41,700 nt of DNA from Octopus bimaculoides (lineage: Eukaryota), in contig NC_068981.1 of the NCBI RefSeq assembly GCF_001194135.2, forward strand, positions 52,568,297 through 52,609,996, in the 5' to 3' direction. Below, piece by piece: positions 1 through 13,010 of the stretch (positions within the stretch are counted from its first letter, which is position 1; each line of letters starts with the position of its first letter). A program made the position numbers and the translations under genes. The notes beneath the pieces were generated by a model, which was given only the letters and a program-made list of their open reading frames with translations, was not told the DNA's origin and made no database searches.

Positions 1-240
1 GGCACATAAAAGACACCATTTCGAGCGTGGCCGTTTTCGTGCGGGTGACACGTAAAAGTACCCACTACACTCTCTGAGTGGTTGGCGTTAGGAAGGGCAT
101 CCAGCTGTAGAAACTCTGCCAAATCAGACTGGAGCCTGGTGTTGCCATCCGGTTTCACCAGTCCTCAGTCAAATCGTCCAACCCATGCTAGCATGGAAAG
201 CGGACGTTAAACGATGATGACGATGATGATGATGATGATG
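1..240 (+). mobile_element. RTE-related short retroelement (SINE-like) with (GAT)n tail, cut by window edge
   Basis: Contains GAGTGGTTGGCGTTAGGAAGGGCATCCAGC...CATGCTAGCATGGAAAGCGGACGTTAAAC(GAT)n. Near-identical copies at 32310-32466 (+) and 35563-35722 (-). Confidence 0.85.
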
Positions 241-1329
241 AATTCTGGTCAAGGAAGATTTTATCACCAGAAACTCATCTCTATTACACTTCATTTAATA
301 GATTTATTTACTGTGGTACTTGTCCTCTTAGACTCATGAGTGTTCACCAAATGATGTTATTTTGTTCCTCATTAGATTTCCTTTTCCATTTAAAAAAAAA
401 TGCTTAGAGAAAAAGTGACAGCACCTACAACCTTAGCCTACCCTTCAAGAAACTGGTGAGATGAATGTTCAATTTGAACAATTGTAGCTGATATCTGCAG
501 GAAATATATTAGTGGAAATAAAATTGCCTTCATGATAGCTTAAATAGGGAAATTACAATTTGACAATGGTACTGAAAGGAGAAGATAACCAAAATTCCAT
601 CAAGAAGGGCTGAAGAACTATGACTCTTGTGAAAGAAGAAATATTATATGGGTGATGAGTGAGACAGGGCAAAAACTAGGGAAGAGAAGCTGAAAGAAGG
701 GTAGAGTGCTAAGGACAATACTGCGGAGTACACATAGCCCAGGCAGATATGTTTCTTTTGATATTTGGTTTTAGGCTAGCTATCTAACCAGCAGCAGGGA
801 AGAAGGGAGAGGACTAAAAATGTCAGTGTAAAAAAAAAAAAAAAAAAAAGCAGCATGGCCGCAGTCCGATGACTGAAACAAGATAAAAGATGAAATAACT
901 AAAAATTAAATATAAAAAATATATATCACCAGTTTGACATGATGAGGAGGGGGGGGGGGTCTTTTCCGTTTGGCTGCCAGTGTCAGTTTCTATTCAGTGC
1001 AATGATACACTTTTATAGGCTAACGAATGACGGTTGAGCAATTTTAACCAATGGTAAACCACAGACGCATCCATGCTTGTTTCCATAGTAACAGGCAGAA
1101 CATGAGAACCCTTTTGTCTGCAAGAAAGCACATGTTGACAAATATATTGAAACCACTTGTTTTCCTCTATGTTGACAAATGAGCTTGTGAATTTATAGTG
1201 CAGGAGATATGAAAATTACGATTTGTTCTAGAAACTGATTGAATACATTTCTAACTTTCGTTTTTAATGAACTGGTCAACAAAATGTTTTTTTTAAATAT
1301 TTAATTTGCAATGTACTATTTTGTTTACA

Positions 1330-1554
1330 GATAAATCTTTTAAGTTCATGCTATAGCATTAAATGCATATTGAATGCTTAAAACTACAAAAAACATGTTG
1401 TTTACTCTTTCCTTTTGTTTTTGTCTTTGAGGTGGCTGTGAGGTGTGCTAAAAATAACAGCTAAATGACGTTTTTGGATAAATCTTTTAAGTTCGTGCTA
1501 TCACAATAAATGCATATTGAATGCTTCAAACTACAAAATATGTGTTGTTTACTC
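1330..1554. repeat. 78-bp imperfect direct repeat (1330-1407 and 1477-1554)
   Basis: GATAAATCTTTTAAGTTC...TGCATATTGAATGCTT...TGTTGTTTACTC occurs twice, 147 bp apart. Confidence 0.85.
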
Positions 1555-1814
1555 GTTTTCCACACGTAGAATAAATATTGACAGCAGGTACTATTTTCAG
1601 GATGTTGATGACAAAATGTGCATCATGCACAAAATAACAACTTCCAAATCCTGTTTCCTAACAGGGTGAAAACGATCAAACTTTAAACCTCTATAACTTT
1701 TTAAAAACATTTTTCTGGAAAAATTGAAATAACTCCAGCAGTTTAGCTTGGAGAAGTACATTAATGCGCCAAATTAAAAATTTTTTGATAAACTTTAATT
1801 TTTGAAATGCTCAT

Positions 1815-2885
1815 CAGGACTTAGCTCTTAGACCTCTCCTGTTTATTAAGATTTGCCAAGCAATATCAGAGGAATTCACAATAATCTGTCAGTGGGAACT
1901 CTTGCATGCCAATGATCTAATATTCAGAACTGTATCTTGAGAAGAAATTCAAAATGTGGGAGAAAAGTCTAGAAGTGAGAGGTCTCAAAGTAAATCTGGC
2001 AGAGACAAAATCTTTAGCAGGAAACAAAGGCAAGATTCGACAACCATGTAAGAAATAGCTGTGCTAAGTATACAGAAAACATGGTGAAAGGAATTTCAAA
2101 CACTATGCCTAATGTAAATTATGTGTACACAAGAATGTAAGGGAATCATAGGTAGAATGACAGTAATCGCAGCCCCACCACACAAAAAAGAAAAGAAAAA
2201 AAACACATGCACCAAATGTACCAGAGTAGTTAGTAATAAGAGTATCAATGGTGCCTAAAGTAGTTGACAGCTTCCCTTACATGGTGATCTAATTAGAGTA
2301 GCGGTGGGTGCTTCAAACATATAACAACCAGAATAAGAACAGATGGAAAAAATTTAAGGAACTGTTCCCTCTGCTGGTAACAAAAGGATTCTCTCTTTGA
2401 GTGAAAGTTAGATATATGACATGAAAGAGTGATATGAAGTGCAACAATGCATGGTAGTGAAACACAGGCATTAAATGTGAAAGATACATGGAAGAATAAT
2501 GTTAACATACTCCACTAGATGGGTAGAACTGTGTATGAATGATGGAGAACAAATGAATTGAAAGAAAAACTGAGTACAAGAAGAATAAGAGACAGTAAGC
2601 AAGACGGAACAATGGAGCCAGAATTGAAATGTGCTACACATAGAGGATGATAGTTGAGTAGAGAAATGCCAAATGATTTAAGTGGAAAGCTGAAAAAGAC
2701 ATGGGCAAAAGTGGTGAAAGCTGATGAAGATGCTAAACTTCACAAAGGAGAAGATGGATGACTGAGACAAGTGGAAAGATCCTGTTCTGGAGAAAGCCTA
2801 TCTAGCGTGTTCATGCAACCGTGGAAACCCCCCCCCACCCCACCAAAAAAAAACCAAACAAACTAAAAACGTGATAATGATGAGG
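1815..2885 (+). mobile_element. 5'-truncated, decayed RTE-clade LINE (RT C-terminus to 3' tail)
   Basis: Manual translation across stops and frameshifts gives PLLFIKICQAISEEF..WELLHANDL (cf. PWELLYADDL), KFKMWEKSLEVRGLKVNLAETK, a Cys/His cluster, a WKKFKELxPLL-like segment, an HGSET-like motif, KTWAKVVKAD and a GAT-like tail. Confidence 0.85.
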
Positions 2886-4409
2886 AGGGTGAATAGTGAA
2901 TTTGAGAGTAAAATGCAAAAAACTTTGAAGATTAGCATTACAGCAACATTTCATATTCATAGAACATTTTTAATGAAGCACCTAATTGTTAGCATATTGA
3001 TGCATGATTTCAAAACTAAAAGAATGTAACATTATATCAAGCTACTATAATCCTTGGCACAAAAATATATCTAAGAGAGCCCTTCCCCACCTGAAAAAGA
3101 AGGGGGGAAGAAATCTATTATTTGATGAATTAGTATTCCATGACGTTAGACCAACAGCTTGATTTCATTGGTGAGAATTACTTGGATTCTGTTGTTAATA
3201 TATTCCATTCTCTTTATGAAGACTGGAAACGAATACATTAAAATGACCCATTTTCAGTCCATAAATATATTTTTAGTAATTAATTACTTTTACAGCAAAC
3301 TAAAAGGTCATGATGCCCAATTCACTATTTTTCATTCATTCATTCAAATCATTTGAAGTCAAAATAACAAAACTTGATCTGACTAAAGAGTAATTTAAAA
3401 ACTAGTTCTTGAATAAACTTATAATAGAGAATCTTAATAAGTGAACAAGAGATCATTTGCTTTCAAAAGTTCCCATGTCTATTTAGTCTTGGGTGATTAA
3501 GGATTAACATATTAAAATCTTAACCCTTAGTAGAAACTTTTTCAATAAATCAACAAAAAGTGATAAATTGATAAAACTGTATGAGTTCATTTTTTAAATA
3601 CCACTACAACTGTAAACTAATTTTCAAGATTTTGTATTAAATTTCATTTTTCCATACTTTTGAGTAAAGTGATTTAGTTGTTGGAGCCATTTTAACAGTT
3701 AAATGCTCTTCCTATGGTTAACTACATGTTTTTGTTCAGTAATCATAGACACCAGCCAGCTTAGGTCCTTGCTTAGGGGTAAACTATAACAAAGTGACAG
3801 TAATAAAATTTTAACTGATGACCATGTGGTCAGTAAACCATAACTTCACTGCTACATTTCATGCATGAAGAATTTAACAAAATACACAAAGAATTTAAGA
3901 CAAATAATAATGAAGAATTTATTTCACTCAACAAAATGATCACTTTACTTCAATATTTAAGAACACTGATAATGAAGCAAAATATACAAATAAACCCTTA
4001 GTTACCAGACTGCAGAGCAGTTATTCATACTCATCATCTATGGCTTGTGCATTTATGTACTATGATTCAAGTTGCAAAGTTAACAGTTTAGTATAGCAAG
4101 CGTGAGCTTTATAGAAGTACGATAAACCAGCCAACATGAATTTATACATAGACCTTACACACACAAAAGAAAAAAAGAAAAATTGTGAAGTATAAAGAAT
4201 ACTTTATGGGATGTTACAATTAGCTTTTTATATAGGCACAAGGTAATCATTTTGAGGGTTAATTAATTGAAATTAGCCCAATGTCTCAGTGTATAGTTGA
4301 TATTTATTGACTCTTTATGTATGATGGTAGAGTTGACTTGAGTAAAATTTCAACTCAGAATGTAACAGGCATAGTTATGTTTGTTACTATACAGTCTTCC
4401 ATTGAACTA

Positions 4410-6790
4410 CATCAAGGAGGACGGAGCAAGGGTTCAGCACAACACATGTGGAGAATGACATGATGATAAAATAGCAGATAGAACCATAAAAGCAAAAGAA
4501 CAAGCCTGAAAAAAATAGAGGAAACTGGGGGAGCAAAGAATGTTACTAAGTATTTATGAGAGAAGCTAATTGTCTATGTCTATAGTGTGAGCACTAGAGG
4601 CATGAGGTTTTCCAGATTGTGAGATAACGTATTGGAGTAAATCAGGCCATCAATGGTGAAATGTGTGTATAGAATGATGCATCATATTTGCCCTTAATAT
4701 CAGCAAGATGAAAGAGGCAGGGAAATGAGATAAATAGTTACTGAACAAGGAGATTGAGCAGGAATAAGAGGGGTTACCTTGGTTGAATTGAACAGAGAAA
4801 GTAGCTATTGAAGTTGACTACTATGTAGTAGGAATGGCCATTAATGATATCGAGGTTGGGAAAGCAGTAGGCTCACCAGAGATAATAACTGAGATATTAA
4901 AAATATCTAGTCAAATCATGTAGTGCATGGAATTATGTCTAATGACTGGAAGCAGCTTTGTAAACTACAAGAGAAAAGATGTTTGATAAGGAAAAGTGGC
5001 AAATCTGTCATGATCAAAGGAAGACTACATTTGTGGTTTGCCAGTGATGTGAACTTACACCTATAAGTTTAATTCACAGCTGTCAAATAAATCTGCAAGT
5101 ATACCTTTTTGCTAGTGATTCTATGTCAATCATTTCTAACAGTCAGTGTTTATTACCAGGTTATATTAACAAGCATGTCTAGTCACTAGAGAGAATGCCA
5201 GTAGTAGTAGTAGTAGTAGTAGTGATACAGATAGTAGATCAGTTATACAATACCAACTAGAGTGACTGACTTGCTTTTATCAACAGCCTAGATTCTTGAC
5301 CAACTCAATTGGTAACTCCACATAAAACTATGTGATGACTTTTCTCCATAGAATTATGCAGAAACTCCAGTCAGAACCATGCATTGAGCTATTATAACAA
5401 CCAGCTCAAAGACAAAATTGCTTTAACTGTAGTTATGAATTAAAACAACTACAGTGACAGATGGCTTTTTGCAGCCATAGTTTGCAGTTAGAACTTGTAG
5501 CAACAAACTATTTACTTCCTAGTTTAGCTTTCATTTAAAGCATATGGTAATAAGAATATAAATTCTTATATGTCTGCATACTTTAAAATGGAAATACCAC
5601 TGCAGAATTACTTGCATACTCTTCATTCACTAACTTTGTAGAATGCTTTGTTCCTTTCTGTATTCAATAATTTTTCATTGTTTTTCATATATTCTTGGCA
5701 TTGGAACTTGAAGACATTTTATATGTAATATTAATCTTCTTGCTGAGCAGGCTTGTCATAGTCACATTAATTTATTGACAAGCAGAGAATATATATCCTC
5801 ATGCTGGTATTATAAATAACATCTTATAGTTACTCAGTTTACACATTTGGTTGAATTAATGTTTTCTACAGAAGTAATTACAGAAGAATTCAACAGATGA
5901 CCAAATCATGAAAGTGGCAGAGAGAGTTACAGAAAAACTAATCAGGGAGAGAACCAATGTAGAGGTAATGCAGCTTGTGTCTGCGTCAGGATGCCCTCTT
6001 TTTAGTGAGGTAACTACAAGGCAAGTCTTGTAGAACAAATCCTATACTTAGTATTCAATGACTTGGAGAAGGCTTTCAGTAGGATATCACACACCATAGT
6101 CTGGTGGTCAATAAGAACATTGGGGGAAGAAAAATGGTTTGTGAGAATTGTGCAAGTCATGTACTGAAGTAATTTCAGGAAAGTAAGAGTTAGGAATGAA
6201 CCCAGTGAATGTTTAGTGTGCAAGTAGGTGCCCATCAGAGTTTGATTTGCAACTACTTCCAGTTTACTATTGTTCTCAAAGCCATCACAGAGGAGTCCAA
6301 GACAGCTGTTAGCAAGAATTCATGCATGCTGACAATCCAGTGCTTATAGCTGAATTTGTTGAAATGTTAGAAAAAGGTTACTAACACAAGAGTAGAATTT
6401 AGAATCAAGAGGCTGAACTGTTAATTAAGTAAACAAAACATTACTATCAACAAGGAAGTGGTTATGTCCAATACACAGAAAGGGAGCAGAGAGGTACTCT
6501 ATACTGTGAACCCAAATGGGCACAGTACAAGATTCAGTGGGATCTTAGGTAGGCTGATAGAGAAGAAGATTTCATGTGTAAAAGATCCATACTAGTAGGT
6601 AGCAGTGAAGACTTAAGTGTCCAGTAGCCTTGTTGGAAGTAGATCTGTTTTGTTATCTAGGTGATGTAACCGGCCAGCAGTGAAGGTGGATGATGCAAAA
6701 GCATGGTAGCTGATTAAGGCCAGTGTAGGAAGAGATTAGGGTAGAAAGAGAGAGCTATTACCACTGTTCACATCAAAGGCTTTCACTTAA
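4410..6790 (+). mobile_element. Decayed RTE-clade LINE ORF, interrupted at about 5040-5850
   Basis: Degenerate motifs in collinear order: IKAKEQA, GKAVGSPEIITEILKI, DQIMKVAERVTEKLIRE, DLEKAF, VQVGAHQ, HADNPVLIAE (YADD position), FCYLGD, ELLPLF. Confidence 0.8.
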
Positions 6791-7399
6791 TCAGTGAGGG
6801 GTAAAGTGTGACATTACAAAAATGAAAAGTAAGTTTGACTTTGGAAGGATTTGAACTCAGAGCACTAAAAGCCAGAACTAGTAACATAAGGCATCCTATC
6901 TAAAGCCAACTTTCCACCAAATAAACTCTTAAAATATTTCACATCTTTTTTTTTCTTCCAGAAATTTATCTCCAAATGGAAGATATTTTCAGAAAAGGGA
7001 AAGGCTTTTGCAGATAACTTTTATTGTTCTTACTATTGATGGCCATTGAGTTGCAGAAACTGTGAAGTACAAGACTAGCTGCTGAGTTACAGAAACAGGT
7101 AAAAGTACTAGACTAAGTGCTTCATGATATTTACTCATGTATCTTCTTTACCTTAAAGGTTTCCATCCCTCTGAAGTTGAAGAAAATAGGTAGTAGTCAT
7201 TGAACCATCAACACAGTCTGTAATTTTTAGTCCTTATGTTTCATTTATTTCTAAATGAAAATGCTTACACACCAATTCTAAGTATACAGTTACAAAATGT
7301 AATCTTAGCTTACCAGAACATTTTAATAATGTTGAGTTTGATGTATGATAGAGTAACAAACATGAAAGACAAAAACTGGAGGCATCACATATTCATCTC

Positions 7400-7944
7400 A
7401 ATTTTCATAAGCCCAGGGTACACAAAAGAACGAATGTTTCATATGCTTAACCAGCTTTGCTTGGGTTTCCAACTATGCTGATAAAGATTCCAATAAACTG
7501 CAATATGCACCAATAAGCCTTTGATATGGCTTGGTATAAGGAGCACTTACTACACTTTAAACTGATTAGTTGGTTTGACAAGCTCTCACATTAATTACTC
7601 CACTTAGATAGAAATAATATATATTAATTTATAGTTTTGACATTATTTTTCATAAAAGGCCACTCATCTATTAATATTATGAGCCTTCACTTGACTTAAG
7701 TTTAGTTTCTAGTTCTGTCAGGATGCAACTTATATTATGGAAAAATATCACCACACATTCAAATTCTTTGCACAAACTAAGACAGTCAAAAAATAAATAC
7801 ATTAGTTTTGAGAATACAGAACAACATGTTATGGACTGCTGCTCTCCTATATGGAATGCACTGGCAGCCTTTTATGACAATAAATATCCCACTGAAGAAT
7901 TAGTTAAGAACCAACTTATTAATTTTAAAATGTTCCATAATTGA
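7400..7944 (+). mobile_element. Possible very old non-LTR (CR1/L2/Jockey-like) RT remnant
   Basis: Only weak motif echoes: a segment at about 7515-7545 reading AFDMAWYK (cf. KAFDxVWH) and DCCSPIWN (cf. EYxSPVWN). Confidence 0.3.
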
Positions 7945-10754
7945 GAGCACAAATAATTTATTTCAGGTTTTTATTTTTGTTGCATAAATGTATTTCTGTA
8001 TTAGAGCTATGCACCAAATTTTTACTATAATCAATGTTTCTCATTCTCAAACCCCTGATCAATAGAATATCCACAAGACTTCTCAAAATATTCCTGATGC
8101 ATTTGTTTCATAAGTCAACCATACATAATACATGCCAAAAGTTAGTTGTTCAATCATCTTATTATCATTGTTTTATAACATGATTTTATTCAGCAGAACA
8201 AGATAATTCCATTCATCCTGAACATTTCCTTTAACAGCATGTTCCAAAGCTTTACCATATGTATTGCAACTCTCACTATTACTTTTTCATTATTTCACTG
8301 ATATTCTATTAACAGTCATTAAATCTTTTGTGGAACTACCATTATATATTGTAGGTCTTTTGCTTGTAATACCAATTTTGAGGTTATCAGAGAATTTTAC
8401 TGCTCCAGTGCTTCACAATTTACTAACTATATAATATGCAATATAGTTTCCTTGTGAGCTGAGTTGTGAAGACACAAACACATGCTTATGTATGGTTTGC
8501 TGTTTCTTTCTTTCAAATTTTATTCACACGGTATTGGTTAATCCAAGGCCATAATAGAAAACTGTTGCTGAGGTTACTGTGTGGTAGGCTCAGAACTAGA
8601 ACCATCAGTCTACGACACAAACATTTTAACAACACAGCCATATATGCACATATCAATATCAATAGTTGTTTTTCAAGTGAAAACCAATATATTTATCTGA
8701 TATTCATTTACCTGCTTTTTTAACTTACACTCGCTATGACCCTCAAATTAGCACTGCTTATCCAACTTTCAAAGTGTCATCAGCAGAGCATGGATTTACT
8801 CATCGGCAGGACCTAACAGATGAGATTCCTGGCTTTGAACTAGCAGGATGTCATGCAGAGGATCTTGAATGCAAGCCAATGGATGAGGCCCTAATATTTT
8901 TAGTTAAACTGCGGGACCACATGGAGCAGCACCCTGTGACTCCTATAGTATGTGCAACTGAAACCCCTAAAAAAGGAGTGTCCTATGGGATGACCAAGAT
9001 GATGAGATTATCCAACTGGTGATATTTAACTTATTCTTCTTTTATCACTGCAGGTTATCTGTTCTGACTAATACAGAAAGCTGTACTTCTGTTTAATTTT
9101 GTCACTAATAAAATCAGTAGTAACATATGTTTTTTATTTATTTATTTCCTTTTAATAAACAGGTGTATCTCATCATGAAATTTATCTATAACCTCAAATA
9201 ACTTATCAAAACAATCTATAATTTTCAGTTCATAAGCGCTTATTCTATTTCTAATGAAACTACTTTTACAATTTATCACCTTAGTTCATCAAGACATAGT
9301 AACGTTAGCTTTCATAGGAGATAAAAAAAAAGCAAAAATCAACTATCATAGACATCATCTTGGATACATTAATAAATTGTTCCAAAAGGCTTAACCATTT
9401 TGCTAGGGTCCTTGACCCAATCTGACCCAAAGCACAATACATATTACAACAATGAAGAATTCTCAGTGTAACACATGAACATTATTTTCTACATCACATC
9501 TCATTCAAAACTTCACATCCTTCATATTCACAAGACATACACCCTATTAACTACACTTAAACAACAATATGAAAGAAAAATTAAAAGTAATGTAAACAAT
9601 CATGAGTGTAATATTCAGTAAAAAAAGTTAATTAAAAATGTTTTTGACACTAATTTACAAACAATACATAGACTTCCTGAGGTTTCAACCACTTTTCTAC
9701 AAATTATAAATCAGCCTACACAGTGCCTATGTAATTTAACAAGTAATACACAGGCAGTGTACACAGGAAAAGGAAAATAATAAAACTAAAAGACCACTTA
9801 AAACATGTAAGATCTCTTTAGTCTCTGATTATAGTTTGCTCCAGTTCATATAACACAAGTAAAACCTGCAAATACCAGTAGAACTCATATTCAAAATTCA
9901 TTTTCTTAACCATCTATCTGACTCATATAAATACAAAATCTATGTACAGAAAAATAATTTCAATATTAATGGATTTATTAGCTCTAAATTGCTGAGTTGT
10001 ATCAACTGAATCTATTAAATGCTGAGTAATATAAGTTGTTAGACACTCGCTGACTTCACTAAACCATTTTTGCTGTAACTATCACCAGAACCTTGACCCT
10101 AACCCTAACCCCTCCAAAAAAAGAAAACAGCTGTTTACAACACACCATTTATAATAATGCATGATGGTCTACAATGAGCCACAGACTAAAAAGCAACTCA
10201 ATAATAGTCTTAAAACATATTTCGATCAACGAATATGAAGTTTGTTCTTAATGACTTTTCTTCTAAGCAGAGAAAACAGAAATAAGGAATTTGTGGTTCC
10301 ACACAAGTACAAGTTCCAGTTTATTTAACTATTGCATTAATTCTTACCATCCACATTATCTACCTGCCCTATAACCTAATTTTTCAATCCTAAAAATATT
10401 TTTCCTTAGTTGACCTGTTATATTCTTCAATTTATATATTTTATTCACCCAAAAACATACATTAAAACTATGTTAATGAATTTATCCTCTCAATGTCAAA
10501 ATTACTCATTTGTAACAGAGAAGTTTTATTCTCATTATCAAATACCCTTTAGTTAATGCTGTGGTGACAGAGATTTTTGTCTGAATACTCCAGTTAATAA
10601 GGTACTATTAGAAAAAATACACGGGGAAGTTTGATATAATTATCAGATTTAAATTCTAGATTTTGCGGTAAGAAATTAATGCTTCCTCATTTTGAATTGA
10701 AGCCAACTTATCAGTTAAGAATTACAACTGTCAAGGTTTGTTCAATATTATAAC

Positions 10755-10910
10755 TTTATTATTTGGCACAAAGCTTCGTATTTTGGAGGAGTGCAGAATT
10801 CCTTATATTGACCTCAGTACTTGACTGGTACTTATTTTATCTACACCAGAGGGGTCAAAGGTAAAGTTGACTTCTGCAGTATTTGGACAGAGTACAAATA
10901 CCACAGGCAT
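10755..10910 (-). mobile_element. SINE fragment, family B (GATAAAATAAGTACCAG-type core)
   Basis: Reverse complement resembles the 31450-31870 copies (CAGTACTTGACTGGTACTTATTTTATC on +). Confidence 0.6.
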
Positions 10911-11469
10911 TACTTAAATAATTACTTCAATTCTATAAAGACGTAAAAATGTCCAACATAACTGCAAACTTTTGGTCATTCTGTATTTAAAAAGATGTAT
11001 ATGGATGACTATCTCATTATTGTCAGGAAAAATGATTTGTTTTGGTATTCTGCATCATAATTATTTTTTCAGAATGTCAAAGATTACTTTGTAACAAATT
11101 AAAAGGCAATCAATTATTATTGACAATTAAATAAAGTACTTTAAAAGGTCAACTGAGGACTTTTCAACTTAGAAATAATTCTTTCTTTTCCACTAGATAA
11201 TCAACATATATTAAAACTAATACAAGTTAAACAAAATATGTAATCAGAGACAAGTTTTTCATAATTTTAATGTCCACTTTTTTCATGCATGCCTGAGTCA
11301 GATAGAATTCATTGAAGTAGGTTTTCTACAGCCAGATGCTTTCTTGTCAACTCACCTGTTTCCAAGTGACATGTCTTCATGGACGACTGGGAATGCACAA
11401 TCTTCTGTCTTGTATGACAATGATACTTGTTTATAACTATCCCAAGATATCAAGGCAAGAGACATAAAC

Positions 11470-11645
11470 AAACACACCTATACATTGGCCTTTTTCAGCA
11501 TCCATCTACCAAATCCACTCAGAAGGCTTTGGTTAGCCCTGAGCTATAGTACAAGACATTTGCCCAAGGTGTGCCACACAGTGGACTGAAACTAAAACCG
11601 TATGGTTGGAAAGTGAACTTTTTAACCACTCAGCCATGCCCGCAC
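11470..11645 (-). mobile_element. tRNA-derived SINE, family A (CORE-like CCTTGGGCAAG), 5' half
   Basis: Reverse complement of GGCATGGCTGAGTGG...CACCTTGGGCAA...GAGTGGATTTGGTAGATGGA, matching 35388-35550. Confidence 0.75.
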
Positions 11646-12249
11646 TACTATTGACATGTGTTCTATCATTATGTTTCTTTGTTTATACAAAGACACTAAC
11701 AAGTGTGATTTTTGTCCTGCAATGAGTTACTTATACCTCTTCATCATTTCCACTGTCAGAAATGACATGAACCAGTAATTGGCTCATTGGAAACTTATAG
11801 TTAATGATAATATTGTTCACCAATTGCAAGATAAAATAAAAATAAATAAGCACAGTTTGGTTGTCTCAGGGATAACATCCACAAATGATTTCTCAGTTAA
11901 ACATAATGCATTTGGAAGAGCCTGGGTTCAGGAGTGATTGATTAGTGTGACAGTGGAATTCTCAAATATATTGGAAGTGAGCTATAAAAAAGCTATATAT
12001 GTAATAATTGGCTATATGTATATGGGCAAATACATATGCCTATATATCTAATATTGATATGAAAAATTATTTTAAGATAGTTTATGAGAAGACCAAAGAA
12101 TTTCTCATTTAAATAACTTAAAATATAAAGTTCTTTCTTTTATGAAAGCCACATGGAAGATGCAATTACACGTTTTATTTTATTTTTCATAAGTTTTCTC
12201 AATAAAGAATAAAGGTAAAATTAAAATGTATTTAAAATAAGATACTTAC

Positions 12250-12508
12250 CAACTACCATTAAGTTAAATTCAAATCCTCTTTTGACAGATTTTCGGTAAA
12301 CTTGATTTGGTAAGTTAGCAAAGCCTACATAGTTCTCCAGTTCTTTATGACCCTCCCGATGGTGCTTCTCATTACGATCATTGTCAACATCCTTTGTAAT
12401 TATTTCCCGTTCTCGTGTACGCTCCCTTTCCATTCCGAACCTTGTACTAGGGTCAAATTTGGGTGCTGCTTCATTTTTAAAAAAAGCATCCCTTTTGGCA
12501 GCATTAAG
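12250..12508 (-). CDS. SEPT7: Septin-7 coding exon (259 nt, phase 0 start, phase 1 end), ends at the Gly preceding the P-loop
   Basis: Encodes [35 protein letters not shown]...[39 protein letters not shown] matches SEPT7/peanut rather than SEPT2 (VHRKSVKKG). Acceptor is a long U tract + AAAG (AG at 12510-12509). Donor G|GTAAGT at 12249. Confidence 0.95.
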
Positions 12509-12741
12509 CTTTAAAAAAAAAAAAGAAAAGGAGAAATAAATATGTATTTAAATGTAAAGAAAACATTAAATGTAAGAAAATTACCTCAAATACAGAATGG
12601 GATTCGTATCCTAAAATATATAAATTGATTTTATTTTAAAGTAAAGAGAAAATCATTAAAAAAATAATCCTCATAGAATTGAAGTCAATTCATTTTGTAC
12701 ACTGGTTGAATTAACCCCAAAAAATAAGAACAAGTATTTAA

Positions 12742-12943
12742 TTCTTTGATACCAATCTGCTTGAAACTGCTCCTGGTTCTATGATATACAAACTTCTTGA
12801 TTTAAAGTGATCTAAATTAAAAGTTTTCATTAAAATTTCATGTTACTTAATATAGTAAAGTTATTTTAGTAAATTATTCATTATTCTCAAAATTAATTGA
12901 AATAAGAGCAGTGTATTTCAACAGAAATGTGATAATAAAAAGG
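12742..12943. mobile_element. Decayed TTAA-flanked MITE (same family as 29496-29713)
   Basis: Internal sequence aligns by eye with 29496-29713 (CAAACTTCTTG, ATCTAAATTAAAA, AAAGTTATTTTA, CATTATT). Right end AAAAAGG-TTAA; left end degenerate. Confidence 0.7.
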
Positions 12944-13005
12944 TTAACATTGGGAGCTATTCAAATTAGATTTAGTACCACTTGCAGGATTATTCATTTG
13001 CTTAC

Positions 13006-13010
13006 TATGT
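13006..13010 (-). CDS. SEPT7: Candidate 5-nt septin-7 microexon (ACATA)
   Basis: Minus strand reads ttttttaattattgttgtatgctttacag|ACATA|gtaagc. The length exactly converts the phase-1 donor at 25566 to the phase-0 acceptor at 12509. Confidence 0.7.

Noticed and set aside
1079-1092. RFX X-box-like GTTTCCATAGTAAC
   Set aside because: About 24 kb from the promoter and within a probable old repeat; a single motif is not evidence.
8774-9022. 82-aa ORF with protein-like composition
   Set aside because: No ATG start, no motifs, no consistent splice sites; likely an old repeat.
10097-10111. (CCCTAA)2.5 telomere-like repeat
   Set aside because: Too short to distinguish from chance.
1-12249. Next septin exon (G-ESGLGKS P-loop)
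   Set aside because: I scanned by eye for the reverse-complement codon pattern of GLGK and found no match. The exon is probably left of the window. A tBLASTn with SEPT7 would confirm.
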